The notes beneath the pieces are model-generated. The model saw only the letters and a list, made by a program, of their open reading frames with translations. It searched no databases and was not told the DNA's origin. The position numbers were made by a program, and so were the translations under genes. Positions 37,728 to 47,720 of a stretch of DNA of 64,000 nt are shown here, piece by piece. The stretch is from Myxococcota bacterium. GTDB taxonomy: Bacteria; Myxococcota_A; UBA9160; SZUA-336. How positions within the stretch are numbered: position 1 is the first letter of the stretch; every line of letters starts with the position of its first letter. The stretch covers positions 576,001-640,000 of the forward strand of contig CBDFGR010000003.1 in assembly GCA_965247115.1 (NCBI GenBank), read 5' to 3'.

Positions 37728-38516
37728 GTGAGCTTCGAGCTCGAACTCGATGTCGCGCGCGAAGCTGCAGAGCGCGCGGCCGAGATCATCTCGCGCTTCT
37801 GCAACGACACGGCGCTGCGGCACTGGGAGAAGTCCGCCGACAACCCGGTCACGCAAGCGGACCTCGAAGCCAACGCTGCCATCGAACGCTGTCTGCGCGG
37901 GGCGTTCCCGGAGGACCAGATTCTGTCCGAGGAGACGGTGGACGCGTGCAAGCGGGATGGCACCGAACGGCTCTGGATCGTAGATCCGCTGGACGGGACC
38001 AAGGAGCTCATCGCCGGCATTCCCGAGTTCGCCGTGTCGATCGGCCTCACAGTCGCCGGGGAGCCGGTCGTCGGCTGTGTCCATCAGCCGACGACCGGCG
38101 AGTGCTACTGGGCGTCAAGGGGAGCGGGAGCTTTTCTCGATGGGACGCGGATCGGCGTGTCGTCCGTGGATCGCCTGTCCTCCGCAACGCTGCTCTCGAG
38201 CCGCACCGAGACGAAGCGCGGGCAGGTCGAGCCCTACGCCCATCTGTTCGCACGCGTCGTTCCGACCGGCTCCGCCGCGGTCAAGCTGGCGCATCTGGCC
38301 TCCGCGCGCGGCGAGCTCTGGCTCTCGACCGCGCCGAAGAACGAATGGGATGTCTGTGCCGGAGACCTGATCCTGCGCGAGGCGGGGGGCATGCTCATCA
38401 GCCTTGGCAGAGGTGAGCGCCGCTACAACCAGGAGAGGCTGCTGCTAGACCCGCCGCTCGTGGCTGGACCTCCGAAGCTCGTGCAGGAGTTCGAGAAACG
38501 GAGCGCGGAGCTGTGA
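37728..38516 (+). CDS. Inositol monophosphatase/CysQ family phosphatase
   Basis: NPVTQAD, ILSEE, WIVDPLDGTKE, EWDVCAG. Confidence 0.93.
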   Translation: MSFELELDVAREAAERAAEIISRFCNDTALRHWEKSADNPVTQADLEANAAIERCLRGAFPEDQILSEETVDACKRDGTERLWIVDPLDGTKELIAGIPEFAVSIGLTVAGEPVVGCVHQPTTGECYWASRGAGAFLDGTRIGVSSVDRLSSATLLSSRTETKRGQVEPYAHLFARVVPTGSAAVKLAHLASARGELWLSTAPKNEWDVCAGDLILREAGGMLISLGRGERRYNQERLLLDPPLVAGPPKLVQEFEKRSAEL

Positions 38517-39205
38517 AGCATCCGATCCTACAAATCCGCTCCGTCTCGGACGAGCTTTACGAGGTCTCCGACTTGCTGGTCGAGAACGTGTCCCGCCAGC
38601 GCTTCTGGCTCTTCGATCTCGAGGCCACCGGCCTGGACACGACACGCGAGCGCGTCACCCAGATCGCTGGCATCCCGATCGAAAACGGACGCATCCTTGA
38701 CGACGAGGCGTTCACCATCTACGTGGCCCTCGACCCCGACGTCGAGATCCCGAAGGTTGTTCAGGACCTGACCGGGATCACGCGCGAGACCCTTATTGGA
38801 GCGCCGGCGTTTCCCGACGCGTGGGAGCGCCACCTCCGCGCCAGCGGCGGCGAAGGGATCTGGGTAGGACAGAGCGTCTTCGAGTTCGACGTGCCCCTGC
38901 TCGAGGCGGAGTTTCGGCGCCACGGCATGCCCGTCGAGCTGCCCCCCGTGCTGGACTCCGTCATGATCGCCACCGCTCTGCTCGGCGACGCCGACGAGCG
39001 CTGGAGCACGAGCAAGCTCCTGTATCACTTCGGCGTGGACACGACGGGCCTGCGTCGGCACGATGCACTCGATGACGTCAAGATTCTCGGTCGCATCCTC
39101 TTGCCCATGTTCGAGCTGATCAAGAACGAGCACGACGACAGGCTCGAGGTTCCCGCGGACCGGCCCCTCCAGGTCCGCTGCCATCCACCGGTCACGAACA
39201 GCTGA
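38513..39205 (+). CDS. DEDDh 3'-5' exonuclease (DnaQ-like)
   Basis: FDLEATGLD, LTGI, FDVPLL, HDALDD. Confidence 0.9.
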   Translation: MKHPILQIRSVSDELYEVSDLLVENVSRQRFWLFDLEATGLDTTRERVTQIAGIPIENGRILDDEAFTIYVALDPDVEIPKVVQDLTGITRETLIGAPAFPDAWERHLRASGGEGIWVGQSVFEFDVPLLEAEFRRHGMPVELPPVLDSVMIATALLGDADERWSTSKLLYHFGVDTTGLRRHDALDDVKILGRILLPMFELIKNEHDDRLEVPADRPLQVRCHPPVTNS

Positions 39206-40347
39206 TGGCGGACGGACCGCTCGCAGGTATCGTCGTCGTCGACCTGACCAGGGTGTTGGCGGGCCCGTACTGCACGATGCAGCTGGTGGATCTGGGTGCG
39301 CGTGTGATCAAGGTCGAGCGGCCGGACGGTGGCGACGATGCGCGCCATATCGGGCCGTTCGTCGGGGGAAAGTCCGCGTACTTCGGCTCGCTCAACCGGG
39401 GCAAGCAGAGCATCGCCCTCGATCTGAAGGCCGCCCCGGATCGCGCGATCTTCGAGAAGCTGCTCGCGCGCGCCGACGTGCTCGTCGAGAACTTCCGGCC
39501 CGGCACGATGGAGAAGCTCGGCTTCGGCTGGGAAGACCTGCAGCCTCGCTTCCCGCGCTTGATCTACGCTGCCGTCTCTGGCTTCGGGCACACGGGACCC
39601 TACTCGCACCGTCCGGCGTACGACATCGTCGTTCAGGGTATGGGCGGAATCATGAGCCTGACCGGTCAGCCCGGTGGCGAGCCGGCGCGTGTAGGCACTT
39701 CGCTCGGAGACATCGTGGCTGGCCTGTTCACCACGGTCGGCATCAACGCGGCGCTCGCGAGCCGGGAGAGCTCCGGCCTGGGCACCAAGATCGACGTCTC
39801 GATGCTCGATTCCCAGGTCGCCATTCTCGAGAACGCGATCGCGCGCTACGCGGCGACAGGCTCCGTCCCCGGTCCGCTGGGAACGCGTCACCCCTCGATC
39901 ACGCCCTTCGCAGCCTTCGCGGCCAAGGACGCACACGTGATCATCGCGGCTGGGAACGACGTCCTGTTCCGAACGCTCTGCACCTGCCTGGAGCGTCCTC
40001 TGCTTGCAGAGGATTCGCGCTTCGCGACGAACGATCTGCGCACACAGCACGAAGCCGCGCTGCGTATCGAGCTCGAGTCGACGCTCCGCCAGCGTACGGC
40101 GGCCGCGTGGCTCGAGCTCCTGCAGCAGGCCGGAGTACCGTCAGGCCCGATCAACGACGTCGAGCAGGTCCTGTCGGATCCTCAGGTCCGCGCACGCAAC
40201 ATGCTCGTGCGCGTCGAGGATCCCGAGACCGGAACGCAGGAGATGGCGGGAAACCCGATCAAGTTTTCGAGCCATCCGGACCCGGAAACCCGCGGCGCAG
40301 TCCCCGCCCTCGATGGCGACCGCGCCGCCATCCTCCGCGAGCTGTAA
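39205..40347 (+). CDS. CaiB/BaiF family III CoA-transferase
   Basis: DLTRVLAGPYCT, GARVIKVE, NRGKQS, ENFRPG, AYDIVVQ. Confidence 0.95.
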   Translation: MADGPLAGIVVVDLTRVLAGPYCTMQLVDLGARVIKVERPDGGDDARHIGPFVGGKSAYFGSLNRGKQSIALDLKAAPDRAIFEKLLARADVLVENFRPGTMEKLGFGWEDLQPRFPRLIYAAVSGFGHTGPYSHRPAYDIVVQGMGGIMSLTGQPGGEPARVGTSLGDIVAGLFTTVGINAALASRESSGLGTKIDVSMLDSQVAILENAIARYAATGSVPGPLGTRHPSITPFAAFAAKDAHVIIAAGNDVLFRTLCTCLERPLLAEDSRFATNDLRTQHEAALRIELESTLRQRTAAAWLELLQQAGVPSGPINDVEQVLSDPQVRARNMLVRVEDPETGTQEMAGNPIKFSSHPDPETRGAVPALDGDRAAILREL

Positions 40348-40349
40348 CC

Positions 40350-40437
40350 GTGGGACCCGGCCGCGGGCGGCCGCGGCCACCCACCTCCGCTCAGGCCTTC
40401 GGCCTTCGCTGCGCGCGCCGCGTTCCGCGGCGCTTGC
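40350..40437 (+). repeat. Structured ~88-bp REP-like repeat, copy A
   Basis: GTGGGACCCGGCCGCGGGCGGCCGCGGCCACCCACCTCCGCTCAGGCCTTCGGCCTTCGCTGCGCGCGCCGCGTTCCGCGGCGCTTGC. Confidence 0.95.
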
Positions 40438-40470
40438 ATGGAGGTCCTATGCGGTGGGGAGGTCCTGGAA

Positions 40471-40629
40471 TCCGAACTTGGGGACGGTCCTTAATCCGAA
40501 CTTCTTTGGCCGAAGTCGGAGCTTTTGGTCTCAGTGAGGCGGGACTCCCGGGCACTTTCGCTAATCTGGCGTCGCTGCGGTCGTCTCACGTGCAATAAGT
40601 TCGAATTACGGACCGTCCCCAAGTTCGGA
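40471..40629. repeat. 33-bp inverted repeat pair (31/33 identical), MITE/REPIN-like
   Basis: 40471-40503 TCCGAACTTGGGGACGGTCCTTAATCCGAACTT versus the reverse complement of 40597-40629. Confidence 0.9.
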
Positions 40630-40669
40630 CTCCGCGATCGATGGGCCCCCGGGCTCATGGGATCTCGCA

Positions 40670-40756
40670 GCAAGCGCCGCGATTGCGGCGCGCGCAGCGA
40701 AGGCCGTAGGCCTGAGCGGAGGTGGGTGGCCGCGGCCGCCCGCGGCCGGGTCCCAC
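40670..40756 (-). repeat. REP-like repeat, copy B (inverted relative to A)
   Basis: Reverse complement matches copy A with loop changes. Confidence 0.95.
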
Positions 40757-41103
40757 TATAGGGTGACGACCAGGGCGACGGTGATGATGGTGCCGATGAG
40801 GGCCAGGGTGTAGGAGGTGATCGCTGGGGCGGCGACGCCTAGGCCGAGGTCGAGGCCAAGGTGGCGGAGGTGGTGCGCGCAGTGCCACAGGGTGAGGGAG
40901 ATCACGAGCCCGAGGAAGATTCGGCCGGCGCCGCTGGAGGCCAGGGCGTAGGCGCGCTCGTAGCGGAGTCCGCTCTCGAAGACGCCCAGCGGTGCCAGCA
41001 GGCAGACACCGATCAGCAGCCCGGGCAGGAAGAAGCCCGCGACGAAGCCTCCCCCGCCGAAGAGCATCCACCACAGAGGCTCGAGCTTGTGTATGAAGTT
41101 CAC
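40756..41103 (-). CDS. frdD: Fumarate reductase anchor subunit D
   Basis: EPLWWMLFGGGG, WHCAHHLRH..DLG; resembles E. coli-type FrdD; GTGA-coupled. Confidence 0.85.
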   Translation of the reverse strand: MNFIHKLEPLWWMLFGGGGFVAGFFLPGLLIGVCLLAPLGVFESGLRYERAYALASSGAGRIFLGLVISLTLWHCAHHLRHLGLDLGLGVAAPAITSYTLALIGTIITVALVVTL

Positions 41104-41528
41104 CCGATGGCTCCTCCCAGGATGAGCAGCACCACGAGCCAGAGTGTGACGAAGCCACCGATCGGTGCGATGCCTAGCAGCGGCATCGGGATCCCCGACG
41201 GGGCCAGCGGGATGGGTCCGAGCTTTCCACCGGCGGGGATCTTGCGACCAACCCAGCCGAAGCGCAGCGCGAAGTAGAGCGTGAAGACCAGCACCAGGCT
41301 GCTCACGAAGAGCATCACCGGCGAGGCAAGGCCCGTGAGGTAGGCGTTCCACGACTCCTCGCCTCCAGCCAGCGCGTTCACTCCCACGAGCAGGATGATG
41401 CAGGCGAGCGCCATGAACACGCTGGTCGCAGCGAACAGCACGTAGTTTCGGTAGTTGGAGAAACCGAACGGATAGCCGTCCGGAGCGCGTGCCTCGAGGG
41501 TGCGAGTCTTGGAACCCGGAGCGCTCAT
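41100..41528 (-). CDS. frdC: Fumarate reductase anchor subunit C
   Basis: 3 TM, YRNYVLFAATSVF; lies between frdB and frdD. Confidence 0.75.
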   Translation of the reverse strand: MSAPGSKTRTLEARAPDGYPFGFSNYRNYVLFAATSVFMALACIILLVGVNALAGGEESWNAYLTGLASPVMLFVSSLVLVFTLYFALRFGWVGRKIPAGGKLGPIPLAPSGIPMPLLGIAPIGGFVTLWLVVLLILGGAIG

Positions 41529-42271
41529 CGAGCACCTCGCTTCGGCAGCAGCTTCGTCCACTGGAGCGCAGCCGTGAGCTTCGTCTGTTGGATCGCCATC
41601 GCGGGGTCGACGTGCTTGGGACAGACCTCGGAGCACTCGTTCGCGTAAGAGCACGACCAGACCCCGTGCTCCCCGCCATGCATGCCCTCCCAGCGCTCCG
41701 CCTCGCCCTCGTCGCGGGAGTCGCGGTTGTAGCGGTAGCCGAGTGCGACGGCTGCGGGTCCAACAAAATCAGGCTCGTTGGCAAGCACAGGGCAGGCGGC
41801 GTAGCACAGCGCACAGTTGATGCACATGCTGAACTGCTTGAATTCCTCGAGCTGCTCGGGAGTCTGCAGGTACTCGCCGTCCTCGAGCTCCTTCTCCACC
41901 TTGCGGATGATCCAAGGCTTTACGTTCTTTAGCTTCTCCATGAAGCTTTCGAGCTCTACGACCAGGTCGCGCACGACGGGGAAGTTCGAGAGCGGCTCGA
42001 TGCGAACCGAGCCGCTGTAGTCCCGAACGAAGGCGGCGCACGTAAGCATGGGCCGGCCGTCTACGAGCATGCTGCAGCTTCCGCACACGCCCATGCGGCA
42101 CGACCAGCGGTGCGAGAGCGATGGATCAAGCTCGTCCTTGATGTAGTTGAGGGCGTCGAGAACCACCCAGTCCGGCTGACACGGAACGTCGTACTCCTGC
42201 CAGACGGGTCCGTCGTCCTTCTCGGGCTGGAATCTCCGGACCTGGACCTTGAGTGAGGTGACGTCCGACAT
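41525..42271 (-). CDS. frdB: Fumarate reductase/succinate dehydrogenase Fe-S subunit
   Basis: SCRMGVCGSC, CINCALCYAACP, CSYANECSEVCPK. Confidence 0.95.
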   Translation of the reverse strand: MSDVTSLKVQVRRFQPEKDDGPVWQEYDVPCQPDWVVLDALNYIKDELDPSLSHRWSCRMGVCGSCSMLVDGRPMLTCAAFVRDYSGSVRIEPLSNFPVVRDLVVELESFMEKLKNVKPWIIRKVEKELEDGEYLQTPEQLEEFKQFSMCINCALCYAACPVLANEPDFVGPAAVALGYRYNRDSRDEGEAERWEGMHGGEHGVWSCSYANECSEVCPKHVDPAMAIQQTKLTAALQWTKLLPKRGAR

Positions 42272-43983
42272 CAGTACTTGCGCTCCTCGGGCTCCCAGCG
42301 CGTCAGCGTAACGGGCTTGTAGCCAAGATCAGGCCCATCCGCAGAGAACTTGACGATGCTGTGTTTGAGCAGATCCGAGTCGTTTCGTGTCGGGAAATCC
42401 GTGCGCGTATGCGCTCCCCGGGACTCCTTACGCTGCTCCGCGCAGATTGCCACGGCCTCGGCCACGTCGATCATGTTGCCGAGCTCGAGCGCCTGCACGA
42501 GCTCCGTGTTGAACACCTTGCTTCCATCTTGCATCCCGAGGTCCGCATAGCGCCCCTTGAGCTGCACAACGGTATCGAACGTGGCGCGCATGGAGTCCTC
42601 CTCGCGGAAGACGCCACAACCCGACTCCATCGTCAGGTTCAGCTCCCGCCGGAGCTGTGCCATGCTCTCGCCACCGGCCTTCGTGCGTAGCGCGTCCATG
42701 CGTGCCTCCTCCGCACGCGCCTGCTCCAGCAAGCTAGCCTCCCCCAGACTCGTCTCGCCGGCGGCGAACTCGACCGCGGCGGTCCCCGAGCGCGCACCGA
42801 ACACCAGGCACTCGGTCAGCGAGTTGGAGCCGAGTCGGTTTGCCCCGTTGATCGAGACGGCGGCACACTCTCCGGCTGCGAACAGGCCCGCGAGCTCCGT
42901 TGCGCCGTTCACGTCGGTATCCACTCCGCCCATCATGTAGTGCACGACCGGGCGGACGGGGATGGGCTCCCAGACCGGATCGATGCCGACGTAGCTCCGC
43001 GCCAGCTCGCGCACGAATGGCAGCTGCTTGTCGATCTTCGCTTCGCCGAGGTGGCGCAGGTCGAGATGAACGTATTCGCCGTAACGGCCCTTGAACCCGC
43101 GACCAGCCTCGAACTCCTTCATGATCGCGCGCGACACCATGTCTCGCGGACCGAGCTCGGCCCTGTTCCCCACACCGTAATCGTAGTCGACCAGGAAGCG
43201 CTCGTCGGCGGCGTTCCGCAGGTAGCCTCCCTCTCCACGCGACGCCTCGGTCATGAGTATGCCCGTCCCCGGCAAGCCGGTCGGGTGGTACTGCACGAAC
43301 TCCATGTCCTTCAGCCCGACGCCGGCGCGATAGGCAAGCGCCATGCCGTCGCCCGTCTTCACGGCCGCGTTCGTCGTGAACGGGAAGATCTTGCCAGCAC
43401 CACCGGTGCAGAGGATGACGGCGCGGCCGAGTACCGCGTGCATCTCTCCGCTGCGGATGTCGAACGCGGCGACGCCGCCGACGCGACCGCCGTCGACCAA
43501 TAGTCGCGTCGCGAAGTACTCGTCGTAGCGCACGATCTGCTCGTACCGCATGGAGTGCTGAAACAGCGCATGCAACATATGAAAGCCGGTCTTGTCGGCC
43601 GCGAACCAGGTACGGTTCACGCTCATGCCGCCGAAGGCGCGCACGGCAACCCGACCGTCGGGGGACCGGCTCCAGGGACAGCCCCAGTGTTCAAGCTGAA
43701 CGAGCTCGCGCGGAGCGGCCTCGACGAACGTCTCGACCGTGTCCTGGTCCGCCAGGAAATCGCTGCCCTTGAGCGTGTCGTACGCGTGCAGTTCGAGGCT
43801 GTCGTCCGGTCCCACGGCGGCGGCCGCGCCTCCCTCTGCGGAGACCGTATGGCTGCGCATGGGATAGAGCTTGGAGACCATGGCAACGGAGAGAGCCGGG
43901 TTCGCCTCCACCGCCGCGATCGCGGCGCGCAGCCCTGCACCGCCCCCACCGACCAGCACGATGTCGTGGCGGCTCACCTCCAC
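42271..43983 (-). CDS. frdA: Fumarate reductase flavoprotein subunit
   Basis: [20 protein letters not shown] (covalent FAD His), [22 protein letters not shown]. Confidence 0.96.
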   Translation of the reverse strand: MEVSRHDIVLVGGGGAGLRAAIAAVEANPALSVAMVSKLYPMRSHTVSAEGGAAAAVGPDDSLELHAYDTLKGSDFLADQDTVETFVEAAPRELVQLEHWGCPWSRSPDGRVAVRAFGGMSVNRTWFAADKTGFHMLHALFQHSMRYEQIVRYDEYFATRLLVDGGRVGGVAAFDIRSGEMHAVLGRAVILCTGGAGKIFPFTTNAAVKTGDGMALAYRAGVGLKDMEFVQYHPTGLPGTGILMTEASRGEGGYLRNAADERFLVDYDYGVGNRAELGPRDMVSRAIMKEFEAGRGFKGRYGEYVHLDLRHLGEAKIDKQLPFVRELARSYVGIDPVWEPIPVRPVVHYMMGGVDTDVNGATELAGLFAAGECAAVSINGANRLGSNSLTECLVFGARSGTAAVEFAAGETSLGEASLLEQARAEEARMDALRTKAGGESMAQLRRELNLTMESGCGVFREEDSMRATFDTVVQLKGRYADLGMQDGSKVFNTELVQALELGNMIDVAEAVAICAEQRKESRGAHTRTDFPTRNDSDLLKHSIVKFSADGPDLGYKPVTLTRWEPEERKY

Positions 43984-44076
43984 CGGGACTCCTTCCCCCT
44001 CTCGCCGTCCTGTCGGCGGCGGGTGCATGCTACCCGATTCCCGATGCCCGTGTGCAAGACATGCGACAATGGCGGC

Positions 44077-44685
44077 ATGGCCACCCTCGAGTTCTTCTTC
44101 GACTGTTCCAGTCCCTGGACCTACCTCGCGTTCCACCGCGTTGAGGAGCTCTGCAAGGAGGAGGGTGCCGAGCTCGTCTGGCGCCCGATTCTCGTTGGTG
44201 GGGTTTTCAATGAGGTAAATCCGAGCGTGTACGAGCAAAGGGCCAACCCCGTCCCCGTCAAGGCGAGCTACAACGCAAAGGACCTGACCGACTGGGCCCG
44301 CCACTACGGCCTCGCGATCGGCCAGCCTCCGGTCTTCCCGGTAAACAGCGTCAAGGCCATGCGAGGGGCCTTCGTGGCAGAGAAGTCGGGGCGCCTGTCT
44401 GCCTACGCGCGGGCCGTGTTCGAGGCGTATTGGGGCGAGCTCGAGGACGTCTCTCAGGACGAAGTGCTGCGACGAATCGTCCGCCGCGTGGGAATCGACG
44501 AGACGGAGTTCTTCGATGGGATCGCGCAGCAGGAGCAGAAGGACCGGCTGCGAGAGAACACCGCCGAGTTGATGCGGCGCGGCGGTTTCGGGTCGCCCAC
44601 CATGTTCGTCGACGGCAAGGACATGTACTTCGGGAACGATCGACTCGAGCTGGTGCGGGCCGCGCTACGACGGAACTCCGACTGA
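44077..44685 (+). CDS. 2-hydroxychromene-2-carboxylate isomerase / DsbA-like (GST kappa) protein
   Basis: [42 protein letters not shown]. Confidence 0.92.
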   Translation: MATLEFFFDCSSPWTYLAFHRVEELCKEEGAELVWRPILVGGVFNEVNPSVYEQRANPVPVKASYNAKDLTDWARHYGLAIGQPPVFPVNSVKAMRGAFVAEKSGRLSAYARAVFEAYWGELEDVSQDEVLRRIVRRVGIDETEFFDGIAQQEQKDRLRENTAELMRRGGFGSPTMFVDGKDMYFGNDRLELVRAALRRNSD

Positions 44686-45903
44686 GGGAATACCAGGTCG
44701 GGGTGGGGAGTGGGATGAGCGGGATCTACTCGACTCCAGCTCTTGCCAGATCTCGTCCGGGTTCCGGGGTGGAGTCGGCCAGAATTCCTGGCTCGATTTC
44801 TCGGACTGGATGGAGTCGGAGATCAGGGCAAGATTTCGGGCAGGGGTGAGGTCGAGGAAGTACGTGATCTCGCGGCGCTGTTCCTCACTCAGCGTCGGTA
44901 GCAGCGAGGCTCTCAAGCGGCGTCGCAGTCGCTCCGGATCTCGGCCCACCTCGGTGCAGATCTGGCGAGAACCGGTCGCGGCCGTGCGCACCGTCCGAAC
45001 TCGATCCGGGCAGCGAGCGGCCAGGGCGCGGGCCAGGTAGCCGCCCCAGCCGAAGCCGACGAGATCGACACGCTCCAGGCGCATGGCGTCGAGCAGGCGC
45101 TCGAGCTGGACTGCGAGGCGCGCGGAGCGAAGGCTGCGGACTCTGCGACGCGACGCACCGAAGCCCGGGAGGTCGATCGCAATGCCGCGGCGCCCGAAGC
45201 TCTCTGCCTTCGCGATCGTGTCCTCGAAGGCGAGCGAGGTGAGACCGATGTCGTGCAGGAAGAGCGCCGGAACGTCGTCCGCCGAACAGCCATGGTCTCG
45301 AAAGAAGACGCGGGTATCGCCCAGCTCGAGGTTGCCCCGCTCCCAGGGCCTCCCGTCGTCTGTCACCTCGCGCTCGCCCTCGAAGCGCAGGCGCAGCTTG
45401 CGCAGCGCCCGTCGATCGAACGCACGCACGAGTGTCCGTGGTAAGCGCAGGGCAACGGCCGAGGCCAGATCGACGAGGGCCGGTGCCCCAGCGGGTGTGG
45501 CGAGGATGTTGCTGGGACTGCGCAGATCCAGGTGGAACACTCCGCGCTGCGCCAGCCCGTCGAGGATTCCCTCGAGGGCGGTGAAGAACGCGGGCGGGAG
45601 GGCGTGCCGATGCCGCCCGTCGAGGGGGAAGCCGTCGATGTACTCCATGGCAAGAGCCCAGCGGTCCAGACGCGTCGCGAACGCAGGCAGCCCGGGCAGA
45701 CCAGCCACACGGGAGAGCAGCCGCAGCTCGTGGCGGAGCAACACCGGAGCTACACAGCTCCGTACCAGGGCCGAGCGAGGCGCGTAGTCCTTGACCACGA
45801 CCGGCGGCCGCCCTTCGCGCGGAACGAGCAACACATCGGGGTTGCCAAAGCCGCCACGGTTGAGGATGCGAACCCCAGGACGGGAGAGATCGCGGCGGTT
45901 CAG
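44665..45903 (-). CDS. RIO/Kdo-like kinase fused to a degenerate alpha/beta hydrolase domain (probable CTG start)
   Basis: VVKDY, MEYIDG, GVFHLDLRSPSNIL, LVDLA; then LFLHDIG, IDLPGFGAS, LVGFGWGG. Confidence 0.8.
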   Translation of the reverse strand: MNRRDLSRPGVRILNRGGFGNPDVLLVPREGRPPVVVKDYAPRSALVRSCVAPVLLRHELRLLSRVAGLPGLPAFATRLDRWALAMEYIDGFPLDGRHRHALPPAFFTALEGILDGLAQRGVFHLDLRSPSNILATPAGAPALVDLASAVALRLPRTLVRAFDRRALRKLRLRFEGEREVTDDGRPWERGNLELGDTRVFFRDHGCSADDVPALFLHDIGLTSLAFEDTIAKAESFGRRGIAIDLPGFGASRRRVRSLRSARLAVQLERLLDAMRLERVDLVGFGWGGYLARALAARCPDRVRTVRTAATGSRQICTEVGRDPERLRRRLRASLLPTLSEEQRREITYFLDLTPARNLALISDSIQSEKSSQEFWPTPPRNPDEIWQELESSRSRSSHSPPRPGIPSVGVPS

Positions 45904-46469
45904 GGGAGCGCCCAGCGCGCGACGAGTGCGAGCATACCGAGGCCGACCCCCAGTGCGGTACCGATCTCGTGGTTGTCCGAGAAGCGAACGGCAGTCCAGC
46001 TCGTCTGCTCACTCTGGTCGGCGGCCAAAGGGACGTACGAGTGGATGCGCGGTAGGAGGCGCGGGACAGCCACCGCGTAGCGACGGAAGGCGTCCCCGTA
46101 GAGCGACTCCAGACGCGCGCCCTCGATGCGATCCTTGTATGGCACGTAGTAGCCGAAGTAGCCGAGCAGAAACGCGCCCAGCAGCAAGGAGGTAGCCGGA
46201 GTGGCAGCGATTGCGGCGAAGCCGGTGGCAATCAGCAGCGTGCCCAGGTAGAGCGGGTGACGTAGGTACGCGTAGGGCCCGGTCACGGTGAGCGCGTCGT
46301 TCTTCAGAAGGTGGCCGGTCGCCCAGAGCCGCAGCGCCTCGCCCAATGCAATCGGAACGGCTCCGAGCAGCAGGGACTGAGCTGTCGGCCGGGCCAGCCA
46401 CAACATGGCAAGCGCCAGCACGTACACCGCCAGCAGCCGCGGCTGGAGCCGTTTTCGTAGCGCGCGCAT
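45900..46469 (-). CDS. Isoprenylcysteine/phospholipid methyltransferase family membrane protein
   Basis: LRLWATGHL.KN..LTVTGPYAYLRHPLYLG, E..RL..YG..F..Y..VPRLLP. Confidence 0.9.
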   Translation of the reverse strand: MRALRKRLQPRLLAVYVLALAMLWLARPTAQSLLLGAVPIALGEALRLWATGHLLKNDALTVTGPYAYLRHPLYLGTLLIATGFAAIAATPATSLLLGAFLLGYFGYYVPYKDRIEGARLESLYGDAFRRYAVAVPRLLPRIHSYVPLAADQSEQTSWTAVRFSDNHEIGTALGVGLGMLALVARWALP

Positions 46470-46500
46470 CGGCGCCTAAGGTAGCACTGCTCCCCGCTTC

Positions 46501-47061
46501 TCAGAAGCTGAGCGCAGCGTGCTCCGAGGGCAGGGAGGACGCGAGAGTTCGGCGTGCGCGATACAGACCCGACTTCACCGCGTCTTCGCTGCGGTTCATC
46601 GTCGACGCGATCTTTCGGATCTGCAGCCGCTCAGCGTGGCGCAGCTCGAGCATCCGTTGCTGATCGGGGGGCAGGTGCTCGATCGCTCTCTGTACGTAGC
46701 GCAACGCCTCGCGCGCTTCGGCCCGAGGTCCGGGCCCCGGGTCGAGTGGCGTGGCTTCAAGCGGCAGGTTCTCGAGCGGGACCAGCCGGGCACGGGCCCG
46801 GCGCCGCAGCCGATTATTGAGAATGTTGCGGGCGATGCCGTAAATCCAGACCACCAGGTCCGAGCGTCCCTGGAAGCGATGAACGCCACAATAGACCGCC
46901 TCGAACACCTCCTGGGCCACATCCTCTGCCTCGACAGGCTCGCCCAGCCTCCGCACCGCAAAGCGATGGATGCGGCCGTAGTAGCTCCGGTAGAGCTCCT
47001 CGAAGGCCCTCGCTTCGCCCTGGCGAATGCGCCTCACCAGCCTGCGGTCGCTCTCTTTCAC
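46501..47061 (-). CDS. ECF RNA polymerase sigma factor
   Basis: AFEELY, AEDVAQEVF, FQGRS...WIYGIARN, AVKSGLYRAR. Confidence 0.92.
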   Translation of the reverse strand: MKESDRRLVRRIRQGEARAFEELYRSYYGRIHRFAVRRLGEPVEAEDVAQEVFEAVYCGVHRFQGRSDLVVWIYGIARNILNNRLRRRARARLVPLENLPLEATPLDPGPGPRAEAREALRYVQRAIEHLPPDQQRMLELRHAERLQIRKIASTMNRSEDAVKSGLYRARRTLASSLPSEHAALSF

Positions 47062-47087
47062 GCTGCACTCACCCCGCGTCAGGAACG

Positions 47088-47103
47088 AGCAAACCCCGTG
47101 CCA
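47088..47103 (-). promoter_or_regulatory. sigma54 (-24/-12) promoter
   Basis: Minus strand TGGCACG-GGGT-TTGCT, consensus spacing, 26 bp upstream of the ECF GTG. Confidence 0.85.
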
Positions 47104-47246
47104 ACAGTGGCGCAGCAGCGGCGCGCAGCGCGCCCGTCTATGTGCGCGATTCTCCGACGCCTTGGCAGTGCGGGGCGGAGCGCGGGTTCTGCGGTGAGAA
47201 GAGGAGTTCCCATTCTGGGGAACCCGAGCTCTCCCCACACTCCGCG

Positions 47247-47720
47247 CTAGAGCTTGTCCGGGGTGAGGAGCCAGACGCCGTCGAGGCGCTTCCAAGTGTC
47301 GACGCGCTTGACCTCGATATCCCACAGCCAGAGCCTTCTCTGGTACGGGCCGGTCAGGATCACTTCCACCACAGCCTCGTCGGGACCGTCGAAGTGGAAC
47401 TCGCTGACGATGACCTTCCGCGGACGCGTGTTCATTATGTTCTGCCGCCGCACCTGGTTAGCCAGCGACGAGTAGTAGTCCATGTAGGCGCTCTCGGAGC
47501 CAAAGAAGGTGCGCAGCGCCGGATTCTCGAAGGTCATGACTGCGTCGATGGGCGTATTCTCGAACACGGAATAGAAGCTCTCGATCCGCTCCGAGAATCG
47601 GGCGACATCCATCACGTCCACCTCGGGAGAGGAGACCGGAGCGCTGCCGCCGCCGAAGCAGCCGAGCAGCAACACGATGAGCAGCGCTAGCCCAGCGTGT
47701 GCCTGACTCACTTGCCTCAC
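47247..47720 (-). CDS. Putative lipoprotein
   Basis: LALLIVLLLGC lipobox; coupled to the ppdK stop. Confidence 0.75.
   Translation of the reverse strand: MRQVSQAHAGLALLIVLLLGCFGGGSAPVSSPEVDVMDVARFSERIESFYSVFENTPIDAVMTFENPALRTFFGSESAYMDYYSSLANQVRRQNIMNTRPRKVIVSEFHFDGPDEAVVEVILTGPYQRRLWLWDIEVKRVDTWKRLDGVWLLTPDKL

Noticed and set aside
36038..38050. Long antisense ORFs (670 aa here; also 8711-10216, 13435-14994, 55446-57104, 59822-61588)
   Set aside because: Shadows of real genes in high-GC DNA, with no family motifs.
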